From assembly GCA_965242625.1 (NCBI GenBank), contig CBDEST010000005.1, forward strand, positions 2,483,767-2,547,766: 64,000 nt of DNA, given 5' to 3'. Numbering within the stretch: the first letter of the stretch is position 1; every line of letters begins with the position of its first letter. Under the pieces are notes generated by a model. That model searched no databases, had not been told where the DNA came from, and saw nothing but the letters and a program-made list of their open reading frames with translations. The position numbers and the translations under genes were made by a program. This document shows positions 47,537-56,124 of this stretch, one piece after another. Origin of the DNA: Bryobacterales bacterium. Its GTDB lineage: Bacteria; Acidobacteriota; Terriglobia; Bryobacterales; UBA6623.

Positions 47537-48436
47537 TCAGTTCTGCGCGAAGAAGCTGGCGTGGACGGCTTGGCCCTCCAAGGTCAGCGCCTGTCCGACC
47601 AACACGTTGTCACTCACCCGTCGCTCGGTCCCGAGCGCCACCCCCGGAATCTCGCTCGCCTTCCGCTCCGCGAAGCGCCGGATGAACCACAGGACTTTCT
47701 CCGCCGACGGTGCGCCTTGCACCCTCGGTTCCTCCATGAGGTACGACCGAATCAGAGCGTTCCAGTGGGCGGTCAGCAGGTTCGGCGCACCGAACACGTC
47801 GACTGCGACCACCCATTCGCCATGGGTGACCGCGATGCCGCACTGCCCGGGCAGCGGGCCCCGGTTGCGCAGTTCCTGGGCCGTTGCCGACCAGCCGCTC
47901 TTGCGCTCGTACGCATGCTCGACCGCCGCTGCCGCGCTCGTCCGGGATCGAACTTGATTCATGTTGAGGTTCTCGTCCACGGCGGCCCAGACTTGGCCTT
48001 GGTGCCCATGGCGGGTGCCGGCGCTCCGGACGGAATGGGCGACGTGCTGCACGACGGCCTTCCGGACATTGCGATTGGCGAACGCTTGCCCCTGTCGGTA
48101 CGCCTCCTTGCGACCCCAGCGGCCGCGCTCCAGGCACGAGACCGGCAGTTCCAGCTTGGTACGTGCGGGCATGAGCACGTCCACATTGACGGTGCGATTC
48201 TGCTTTCCGCCGTGGAAGTGCTCGCCCTCCACGACGAGGATCGGCCTATCGGTCGGGTTGTGCGCCAGCAGCGTGGGCACCGAGGCCTCCGGCAGCTCGT
48301 CAACGAGCAGGCCCGCGTCGGGCCCGGTCGCGATTTCCGGCAAGCCGTTGGACTTCAGGTAGATGGGGAAGAGCGAAACGTTCAGCCTCGTGATCGGGGT
48401 TCCGACCGAGGCGATTGCGAGATTGTTGAATTGCAT
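47537..48436 (-). CDS. ARPP-1-like protein (family associated with ADP-ribose-processing genes; tentative)
   Basis: AAGGAG lies 7 nt before ATG 48436. The remembered family hallmark is VVEGEHFHGGKQNRTVNVDVLMPARTKLELPVSCLERGRW ... QGQVWAAV. Confidence 0.5.
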   Translation of the reverse strand: MQFNNLAIASVGTPITRLNVSLFPIYLKSNGLPEIATGPDAGLLVDELPEASVPTLLAHNPTDRPILVVEGEHFHGGKQNRTVNVDVLMPARTKLELPVSCLERGRWGRKEAYRQGQAFANRNVRKAVVQHVAHSVRSAGTRHGHQGQVWAAVDENLNMNQVRSRTSAAAAVEHAYERKSGWSATAQELRNRGPLPGQCGIAVTHGEWVVAVDVFGAPNLLTAHWNALIRSYLMEEPRVQGAPSAEKVLWFIRRFAERKASEIPGVALGTERRVSDNVLVGQALTLEGQAVHASFFAQN

Positions 48437-48470
48437 GAGTGTCTCCTTCCGTGCCGCGGGCGGCACAAAT

Positions 48471-48485
48471 TTGTCTTACTGACAA
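48471..48485. promoter_or_regulatory. Candidate operator palindrome in the divergent ARPP-1 / Nudix-wHTH intergenic region
   Basis: TTGTC-TTACT-GACAA lies in an AT-rich ~98-bp spacer. A related ttgtcaaagtgtcaa sits at 48499-48513. A GC hairpin gtgccgc-gg-gcggcac spans 48451-66. Confidence 0.3.
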
Positions 48486-48498
48486 TAATACGGCTTAA

Positions 48499-49296
48499 TT
48501 GTCAAAGTGTCAAGAAATCTGCGAAAATAAATTCGTGACCCTCCCCGAGCGGCCGAGCGAGTACGACCCGCGCGCCTTCCCGCCCGTGGCGGTCACGGTC
48601 GACATCGCGGTCATGACGATTCGCAGCAACGATCTCCAGATGCTCCTGATCGAGCGCGGCGAGGAGCCGTTCCGGGGGACTTGGGCTCTGCCTGGCGGCT
48701 TCGTGCGACCCGACGAGGATCCCGCCGGGGCCGCGGCTCGCGAACTCGCCGAAGAAACCGGCGTCCGTCCCGAGTCCGCGCACTTGGAACAGCTCGGCTG
48801 CTATGGCGATCCGCACCGGGATCCCCGCATGCGCGTGATCACGATCGCGTATTGGGCTGTCTGCTCAGAGCTGCCGACGCCGCTCCCCGGAGGTGACGCC
48901 GCGAGCGCGGATCTCGTTCCGGTGTCCAAGCTCGAAAGCGGGGGCATTCGCCTCGCGTTCGATCACGGCAAGATCGTCCGTGACGCTGTCGAGTGCGTGC
49001 GCACGAAGCTCGAGACCACCCCGCTGGCGGCGCGATTCTGCCCGACGGAGTTCACGATTACCGACTTGCGCAGGGTTTACGAGACGGTCTGGAACACGAC
49101 CCTCGATGCCGGCAACTTCCAGCGCAAGATTCGCTACAACAGCGTCTTCGATCTGGTCCGGCCGAGGCGTAGCGAGCAGGAGACGCCCCTGCGGGGACGG
49201 CCGGCTTCGCTTTGGACGGTCCGGGCCGACGCCGACCCAACCCTCGATACTCCGTTCCGGCGTCGGCGGGGAACCGCTGACCAGCGTTCCGCGTAG
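48499..49296 (+). CDS. NrtR-like Nudix protein with C-terminal winged-helix domain
   Basis: The Nudix box is GTWALPGGFVRPDEDPAGAAARELAEETG. The C-terminal region FTITDLRRVYETVWNTTLDAGNFQRKI is typical of NrtR. The track start is TTG, with GTG 48535 as an alternative. Confidence 0.65.
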   Translation: MSKCQEICENKFVTLPERPSEYDPRAFPPVAVTVDIAVMTIRSNDLQMLLIERGEEPFRGTWALPGGFVRPDEDPAGAAARELAEETGVRPESAHLEQLGCYGDPHRDPRMRVITIAYWAVCSELPTPLPGGDAASADLVPVSKLESGGIRLAFDHGKIVRDAVECVRTKLETTPLAARFCPTEFTITDLRRVYETVWNTTLDAGNFQRKIRYNSVFDLVRPRRSEQETPLRGRPASLWTVRADADPTLDTPFRRRRGTADQRSA

Positions 49297-49420
49297 ACGC
49301 CGCCGTCCGTCGCACGGCACTTGGCGGCGTTATCGGGTCCAAGTCGAACTGATGCGTCCCGACCGCGCCTCAGGACGTGGATTCCCTGAGCGGATACGTG
49401 TCGCAGGGTATACTCCAACC

Positions 49421-49849
49421 ATGGTGAGACCGATGGGCGAACCGGACGAAGAGAAACCGGGACGGTGCTCTCGCGACGAAGATGAACTCGTCAAGCGGCT
49501 GGTTCGCCTGCTCCGTGAGGACAGCGGAGGTCGCTGCGAGGAGGGCGGAAGTGAAGTCCAGCAATCCACCGAGCTAACGATCACTTGGAGCACCTTGGAC
49601 GACGCGGAGCAACTCCAAAGGATCTGTTCAAAACTCGAAGCGGAATCCTCGCCGAACGGGTTCGTGGTTCGATTCCCCGAAGCGTCTCCGCTTGACGAAA
49701 CCGAAGCACTTGAAGGTGTCAACGCATGGCTCGATCGCGCGAATCCAGCATTTAACGACCAGCGCCCAAGGGAATACCTGGCCTGCGCCGAACGACGCAG
49801 GTTCTTGGACGCCTTCGTAGCATCGCTTGAAGGGAGCATCTTTTCGTGA
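49421..49849 (+). CDS. DUF2384-like (ParS/MbcA-type) antitoxin-like protein
   Basis: ATG at 49421. The C-terminus is GVNAWLDRANPAFNDQRPREYLACAERRRFLDAFVASLEGSIFS. The downstream frame (...TRYRVVRASYARSLLG...) looks like a decayed RES start. Confidence 0.45.
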   Translation: MVRPMGEPDEEKPGRCSRDEDELVKRLVRLLREDSGGRCEEGGSEVQQSTELTITWSTLDDAEQLQRICSKLEAESSPNGFVVRFPEASPLDETEALEGVNAWLDRANPAFNDQRPREYLACAERRRFLDAFVASLEGSIFS

Positions 49850-50036
49850 ACGCGCCACGTCAGTCAGCTCCAGCCGCTGGATGCCCAAGGACTCGCGACG
49901 GTGAACGGCACTCGGTATCGGGTCGTGCGAGCCAGTTACGCGCGGTCTCTCTTGGGTCACGCCAAGAAATGTGACTTCGTACATTTCGCTTTGTTGCACA
50001 AGCCGACGCGTGACGAACGGCTCCAAGGGCGCTCGG

Positions 50037-51232
50037 CCGTGACTGTCGGTATGTCCCGCAACGGAAGCACCAAGCTTGCCGCACTCTGCCGGTAGCGGAC
50101 GCTCAAGCCGTCATGGGTCCGTACCGACGTTGATCACCACGTAACACTCCGTCGTCGCGATTGTGTGCGCCAACCAACGAACCCGCCCGCGACAGCGCTT
50201 GCAGCCGTGCGCCGAGTCGACCGCGCGGGTCGACGAATCTTCGAGTGGACGGGCGCTACGCGCGGCCTTCCACGCGATCCAGCAGTTCGGCGCCGCTCGC
50301 GCAATCCACGAGCCAGACGCCGATGGCCAGCAAGCGGTCATACTCGCGAACCTCCGCGAGGCACACCGCCAGCCGCTCAGCCGTCGTAGCACCGAACCGT
50401 TGCTCGGCCTGCACTAGCAGCTGTTCCCGTACCCCCTTGAGGCCTTTCTCGAGGCGTTCCTGCCGCACTTCCTCGAGGCCTCGCCTGAAGCCTTCCCGGT
50501 AGCCTTGTTCGAAACCCCTTGCCTCCAACTTGGCGTTGGCTGCTTGGAGGCTCGCGTCCAGCAACGTACGGACCTTGCCCTCTTTCGCCAGTCTCCGCAT
50601 CGTCTCTACGTTCCTCAACACCTTACAGTCTACTCCCTGCCGTCACATCGCCTTCCGCCGTGACTGTCGGTACGTTCCGAAGCGGAGAAACCACGCTCGC
50701 CGGACTCTGCCGGTACCGGCCGCTCACGGCGTCATGGGTTCGTCCCCGCGGCGATCACCGCGTAACGCTCCGTCGTCGCGATCACGCACGGGAATCAACG
50801 AACCCGCCCGCGACGGGCCTTGCAGCCGCGCACCGAGTTGACCGCACGCGTCGACGAATCTTCGAGTGGACGGGCGCTACGCGCGGCCTTCCACGCGGTC
50901 CAGCAGTTCGCTGCCGCTCGCGCAATCCAGGAGCCAGCTGCCGATGGCCAGCAAGCGGTCATGGTCGACTACCTCCGCGAGGCGCGTCGCCAGCCGGTCA
51001 GCCGTTGCAGCACCGAACCGTTGCTCGGCCAGCGATTGCAGCAGTTTCCGCTGCTGTTCGAGGCTCTTCTCGAGGGCTTCCTCGAGGGCTTCCTCGAGGG
51101 CCTCGGCCTTCAGCTTCGCTTTGGCTGCTTGGATGCGCGCGTCCAGTAACGTGTGGATCTTGCCCTCTTTCGCCAGATTCTGCACCGTCTCTACCTCCTT
51201 CAACACATCACAGTCTACTCCCTGCCGTTCCA
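50037..51232. repeat. Tandem direct duplication (~0.6 kb x2) covering the 3' part of the Rpn gene and its downstream DNA
   Basis: Unit 1 (~50037-50651) and unit 2 (~50652-51232) both begin gccgtgactgtcggta and end cagtctactccctgccgt. Confidence 0.75.
50256..50621 (-). pseudogene. Duplicated Rpn C-terminal (DUF4351-like) fragment
   Basis: LAKEGKVRTLLDA ... QAEQRFGATTAERLAVCLAEVREYDRLLAIGVWLVDCASGAELLDRVEGRA parallels the end of 50877..51989. Confidence 0.55.
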
Positions 51233-51989
51233 TGACCGAGTAGAACCAGTTCAGGAACTGCTGCTGCAGACCATCCAACTCCGGCGTCTCCAGCTGCCGC
51301 ATGGCCTCTTCCAGCATCGGGATGGCCTCGTCCAACTCCTGCATGGTCTCCGTCTGGATCATCAGCGACATGATGTTGCCCGCCGGCAGCTCCCGCCCCG
51401 CGTACGCCCCCATGTCGAGCACCACGTAGCTGTCCCCCGTGTACCCCGGCGCCCACGCCCGCTCGCTCGCTGTCGGCAGCGTCCCCTTCCGCACCAGATC
51501 GCGCAGCCGCGTCGGCGCGGTCCACCGCCGGGAGCCGTTGTACAACACGATCGGCAGGATCGGCGCGAGGTAGCGGGTCCGCCTGAAGTTCGGGTCTGTC
51601 AACAGGTGCTCGTAGATCCGGATCGCCGCGCTCTGCACCCGCAAGGCCATGTAGCGGTCCACCCGCGACTGGAATTCGACCAGCACCACCACGTAAATAT
51701 GCCGGCCGGCCAGACGGCCCTTGACGATCGGCACCCGCCAGAGCACGTCGACGTACCGCCGGGCCAGATCCGGCGTGATCTGCTCGGTCGGCACCAGCTC
51801 GGCGCGTTCGAAATCCAAGTACTTGAACCACTCCTTGGCGCCCGCGAACGAATCGGTCACGTACCCGTACATCAGCTGCTGAAAGGCGCTCAATACTCTG
51901 TACACCGCCTTGTAGGCCTCGTCGTGCCGCATCCGGGGCTGACCCTGCCCCGTCGCTTCGGCGGTCGCCGCCTTGCCTGTCTCTGCCAT
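50877..51989 (-). CDS. Rpn-family recombination-promoting nuclease / putative transposase (PD-(D/E)xK, YhgA-like) with DUF4351-like tail
   Basis: ATG at 51989. Motifs are HDEAYKAVY and RYVDVLWRV...HIYVVVLVEFQSRVDRYMALRV. The C-terminus matches the duplicated fragment. Confidence 0.75.
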   Translation of the reverse strand: MAETGKAATAEATGQGQPRMRHDEAYKAVYRVLSAFQQLMYGYVTDSFAGAKEWFKYLDFERAELVPTEQITPDLARRYVDVLWRVPIVKGRLAGRHIYVVVLVEFQSRVDRYMALRVQSAAIRIYEHLLTDPNFRRTRYLAPILPIVLYNGSRRWTAPTRLRDLVRKGTLPTASERAWAPGYTGDSYVVLDMGAYAGRELPAGNIMSLMIQTETMQELDEAIPMLEEAMRQLETPELDGLQQQFLNWFYSVMERQGVDCDVLKEVETVQNLAKEGKIHTLLDARIQAAKAKLKAEALEEALEEALEKSLEQQRKLLQSLAEQRFGAATADRLATRLAEVVDHDRLLAIGSWLLDCASGSELLDRVEGRA

Positions 51990-52583
51990 GCCTAGCCATT
52001 ATGGCACAGCGCCCGCGCCCGGCGCTCGCGGAGTGGCGGCCCGGGATTCTGAAGGTTCTGTCCGTGCGCGCTCAAGGCGCCAAGGTGAGACCGGACTGGA
52101 TCGCTCCGAGCGACTGCGGCGCACGGGCGTTCTCGGAGTGACCGCTGACGGACACCGACTCACCGGCAGAGCTTCCGAAGACGGAGGCTATCGGACGGTT
52201 GGCTTCCCTCGCAACTGCCCGAGTGCGCCCGTCGATTCAGCCTTCGGTCGTGGCACATCGTCGGGGTTGTCCGGGCCGCAGAAAAATGATAGTTGCGCTA
52301 TGCCCCATAGATCGTAGTATCATCGTCATAGTGATCCTCGCTTATGGGGAAGCTGTCCGCTTGATAGCGCTATAGGAAACGCTAGACTGCGGCTGCTTGA
52401 ACACGTAGCTAGATCGACCGTACGTTGCCCCTTGGCATTTCTCTCCGGGCGGCGATTCGTTCTACTAACCCAGATGCCCATGCCCGTCCCTGCGATTGGT
52501 GCAACGTTGCGGCCGCTCGTGCGTGCCGTTCCGCGAGCGGTGGTGTCTGGCCGTGAGGCGTCACCAACTCCCTCACCAGCTTC

Positions 52584-54827
52584 ATGAGGCTACCTATGAA
52601 TGGACTGCAGCAAGATCCGGCTCAGTTGCCGCCGGTGACCAGCAGCGTCACCGGCACCGCCGAAGGCACGGGCCACTCGATCATCGCCGCCACCGTGCCC
52701 GCGCCCCCTCGAAAGCGTGATTCGCTTTGGATCCCCGCCGGAGAATCCGCGGAGATTGCCGGACTGAACATTGGCGGCATGGTCTATGTCGGCAAGTCGC
52801 CGGATGCCGACAGCGAGGGCCCGCTCGAGGGCTGCCTGATCGATCCGCAATGCGCCGTGGCGTCCGGCGCTCCGTCCGACACGGCGTCGTTCTTCGACTT
52901 CTTCACGCCCTATCGCGACCTCACCCCCAGCGAGCGCAGGACCTACCTGCGCTGGCTCGCGGCGGGGCGCTCGGATCCCCATGTCCCGACTCCCTGCGTG
53001 CGGCTGTACTTCCACGGCTTGGAGTACCGCTTGCTGACCGGCGACCCGGACGCCGACGAGTGCATGGCGCTGCTGGCGGAGGTTCGCAGGCTTCGCGAAA
53101 TCTACTCCGAGGACCCGGATCTGGACGACGAACTGGGCGGCCTGCTGGAATTCGGTCCGGTCTTCGACCCCGAGGCGTTTGTCGCCGACCCGGGAGACTT
53201 CCTCGAGTCTCGCCGGCGAGACTTGCCCCTGCCCCTCAAGATCGGCTTGGGCAGGCGGCTGGACCGCGGCGACGCGGTCGAATGGAACTGGCTCCTGAGC
53301 TGGTGGCTGGCCAGCCTTGCGACCAAGCCTCGGCCCATCGTCCGCAAGTGCTTTGACGAGTTCTCGGAACTGTTCGCGATCCGTCTCGCCAAGGAGTACC
53401 CGAACGGTTTCACGATCCGCAGTCCCCATCGCAAGCTAGCCTGCGAATACCTGCCCGCGAATCCCCACTTCGGCAAGGCGTTTCGCAAGGAACTCCAGGA
53501 CTGCGACGACGTTTCGAAACTCGCGCGTCCGGTCAAACTGGCAGATCGCATGGCGCAGGAGTGCGCGGACGACCTCGAAGCCTACGGGCGCTTCGTGCAG
53601 CGCAGGCCGCGCGAGAAGAACTCGGTCCAAGCCCAGCTGCTCTTGCCCGACGACCTCGCCGAAAGCCGTGCGAACCACGGGTACCGGCAGCTCGTGGAGT
53701 GGGCCGAGGAATGCCTGCGGCAACGCGGGGGCGCGGCTTGGATCGACGAAGCCTTGGAGACCGTCGAGGGGGTGCGCCCGGCTAGGGCGCGACCCAGGGC
53801 CGTCGCGCAAGTCGTGGACGCGCTCCGCTTGGCGGGGATCGGCCTCGCCCCGCATCAAGAGTTCGGCGACCACATCCTCAAGATCGGCGACCCGATTGCT
53901 CTGTATCGCTTGCCCGATCCGGCCAAGGGCCAGGAACCGGTTTCGCCCGCGTACCAACCCGTGCTGACTGCCTTGCGTGGCGCGATTTACGGCGCGCAAG
54001 CCCACGGATCGATCTCCGCCGCCGAGCGTGCCGTGCTCGAGACCTATATCGACGAATGCCCGCGCTTGATGGACCGGGATCGCGCGATGCTCCATGTCGA
54101 CTTGAACTGGCTGGTCGTCAGGAAGCCTAGCCTCCTAGCCATTCGCCGGCGTTGCGAAAGCTACTCGCCGGGACTGCTCCAGGAGATCCGGGAACTGGCC
54201 GCCGCCGTCGTGTCCGCCGACGGCTTGGCGCGCCCCGCCCAGGTGCAAGCCACGCAGAAGCTCTACGGCGTCATGGGCCTGCCTGCGGACGATGCTTTCT
54301 CCGGGCTCCATCGCATGTCCGGCGGCGCGGTCGGGCAGTCGGTCACCGCCTTCCAGACCGAGGACGAGGGCGCGGACCGCCAGTTCCGCAACGCGCCGCG
54401 CGCCCGCCCGAAGAAATCTTCGGAGGGCGTGGCTCTCGATAGCGAACGGATCTCCGAGATCGTCGCGGACACCCGCAAGGTATCGGCGGTCCTTTCCGAT
54501 GTCTTCGCCGAGGAGAGCGGCCGGGAGGCGGGCTCCCGCATGTCGGCCCGATCCGCCGCGAGCGTCACGTTCGACGGGCTGGACGGGGCCCATGGCCAGC
54601 TCGTCGCCATGCTGTTGCAGCGCTCCTCGTGGAGTGAGGGCGAATTCGCGGCCTTGGTCCAGGGTTGCGGATTGCTGCCCGGCGGGGCGCTGGAGGCGAT
54701 CAACGAGTGGTCGTTCGAGCGGTTCGGAGATGCTTTGCTAGAAGAAGACTCCGAACTTGTCGTGAATCAAGAAGTCGCGGAAACCCTGCGCAGAGACTCC
54801 GCAGCCTCGTCCAATGCAGCAGCCTAG
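52584..54827 (+). CDS. sngA: TerB-N / TerB / TerB-C domain protein (Shango SngA-like)
   Basis: TerB-N reads LWIPAGESAEIAGLNIGGMVYVG ... LTPSERRTYLRWLAAGR ... YFHGLEYRLL. TerB-C reads LDSERISEIVADTRKVSAVLSDVF ... GLLPGGALEAINEWSFERFG. Confidence 0.75.
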   Translation: MRLPMNGLQQDPAQLPPVTSSVTGTAEGTGHSIIAATVPAPPRKRDSLWIPAGESAEIAGLNIGGMVYVGKSPDADSEGPLEGCLIDPQCAVASGAPSDTASFFDFFTPYRDLTPSERRTYLRWLAAGRSDPHVPTPCVRLYFHGLEYRLLTGDPDADECMALLAEVRRLREIYSEDPDLDDELGGLLEFGPVFDPEAFVADPGDFLESRRRDLPLPLKIGLGRRLDRGDAVEWNWLLSWWLASLATKPRPIVRKCFDEFSELFAIRLAKEYPNGFTIRSPHRKLACEYLPANPHFGKAFRKELQDCDDVSKLARPVKLADRMAQECADDLEAYGRFVQRRPREKNSVQAQLLLPDDLAESRANHGYRQLVEWAEECLRQRGGAAWIDEALETVEGVRPARARPRAVAQVVDALRLAGIGLAPHQEFGDHILKIGDPIALYRLPDPAKGQEPVSPAYQPVLTALRGAIYGAQAHGSISAAERAVLETYIDECPRLMDRDRAMLHVDLNWLVVRKPSLLAIRRRCESYSPGLLQEIRELAAAVVSADGLARPAQVQATQKLYGVMGLPADDAFSGLHRMSGGAVGQSVTAFQTEDEGADRQFRNAPRARPKKSSEGVALDSERISEIVADTRKVSAVLSDVFAEESGREAGSRMSARSAASVTFDGLDGAHGQLVAMLLQRSSWSEGEFAALVQGCGLLPGGALEAINEWSFERFGDALLEEDSELVVNQEVAETLRRDSAASSNAAA

Positions 54828-56124
54828 TATCCGCCGTCGCGAACGCGACGTGATCGTGCAAGCTCTGCGCGCGGGCGTCGTGCCGCGCCTCGGTCTGCAG
54901 CATATCCAGGTCGGGCGGACCCGCGAGATCGAGGAGATGCTGCGGGACATCGAGCGCATCGAGGAGGGCGGCTCCTCGATTCGGTTCATCGTCGGCGAGT
55001 ACGGCTCGGGCAAGACGTTCTTCCTCAATCTCGTGCGCTTGGTGGCGCTGGAGAAGGGCCTCGTCACGATGTCTGCCGACCTAGCCCCGGATCGCCGGCT
55101 TCACGCCTCGGGCGGGCAGGCGCGGTCGCTGTTCGCCGAAATGACGCACAACCTCTCCACCCGCACCAAGCCGGATGGCGGGGCGTTGCCGAGCGTCGTC
55201 GAGCGCTTCGTGTCGCGCGCCGTCAGGGATGCCGGGGACGGCGGCGACGTCCATGCCCTCATCCGGTCGCGCCTCGCGCACTTGGAGGAGTACGTCGGCG
55301 GTTACGATTTCGCCACGGTCGTGGCCCGCTACTGGGAGGGCCACGAGGAAGGTAACGACCAGCTCAAGTCCGACGCATTGCGCTGGCTGCGCGCGGAATT
55401 CGCCACGCGCACCGACGCCCGCAAGGCGCTCGGCGTGCGGACGTTCATCGACGACGCCAGCGTGTACGACCACCTGAAGCTCTTCTCGGCGTTCGTGCGC
55501 GAGGCCGGCTACGGCGGCCTGGTGATCGTGCTCGACGAGATGGTCAACCTCTACAAGCTCACCAACAGCCGGGCGCGGAACGTCAATTACGAGCAGATCC
55601 TCAGAATCCTCAACGACGTCCTCCAAGGCAGCGCCACGCACATCGGCTTCTTGATGGGCGGCACGCCCGAGTTTCTGATGGACACGCGGCGCGGGCTGTT
55701 CAGCTATCCTGCGTTGCAATCGCGGCTGGCCGAGAACACCTTCGCCCGCGACGGCCTGGTGGACCTGTCCGGGCCCGTCGTCCAACTCCAGAATCTCTCT
55801 CCGGAAGACCTGTTCGTGCTGCTCGACAACATCCGCACGGTCTTCGCCTCCGGACCGAACGGCAGGGAACTCGTCCCGAACGGTGCGTTGCGGGCCTTCA
55901 TGCAGCACTGCTCCAAGCGCATCGGCGACGCCTACTTCCGCACGCCGCGCAACACCGTCAAGGCGTTCGTGAGCTTGCTCTCGGTGCTCGAGCAGAATCC
56001 CGGAGCCGATTGGCGCAAGCTGCTGGGCGGCGTGGACATCGCCGCGGACCGCGGGGATGCCCGCGAGGACGCGCCCGAGTCCGCGGACGGGGCCGATGAC
56101 GAGCTCGCCAGTTTCACCCTCTGA
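54814..56124 (+). CDS. sngB: BrxC/BrxD-type (DUF2791) P-loop ATPase (Shango SngB-like)
   Basis: ATG 54814 overlaps the upstream stop by 14 nt. The N-terminus is RRERDVIVQALRAGVVPRLGLQHIQVGR. Walker A is GEYGSGKTFF. Walker B-like is LVIVLDEM. Confidence 0.75.
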   Translation: MQQPSIRRRERDVIVQALRAGVVPRLGLQHIQVGRTREIEEMLRDIERIEEGGSSIRFIVGEYGSGKTFFLNLVRLVALEKGLVTMSADLAPDRRLHASGGQARSLFAEMTHNLSTRTKPDGGALPSVVERFVSRAVRDAGDGGDVHALIRSRLAHLEEYVGGYDFATVVARYWEGHEEGNDQLKSDALRWLRAEFATRTDARKALGVRTFIDDASVYDHLKLFSAFVREAGYGGLVIVLDEMVNLYKLTNSRARNVNYEQILRILNDVLQGSATHIGFLMGGTPEFLMDTRRGLFSYPALQSRLAENTFARDGLVDLSGPVVQLQNLSPEDLFVLLDNIRTVFASGPNGRELVPNGALRAFMQHCSKRIGDAYFRTPRNTVKAFVSLLSVLEQNPGADWRKLLGGVDIAADRGDAREDAPESADGADDELASFTL

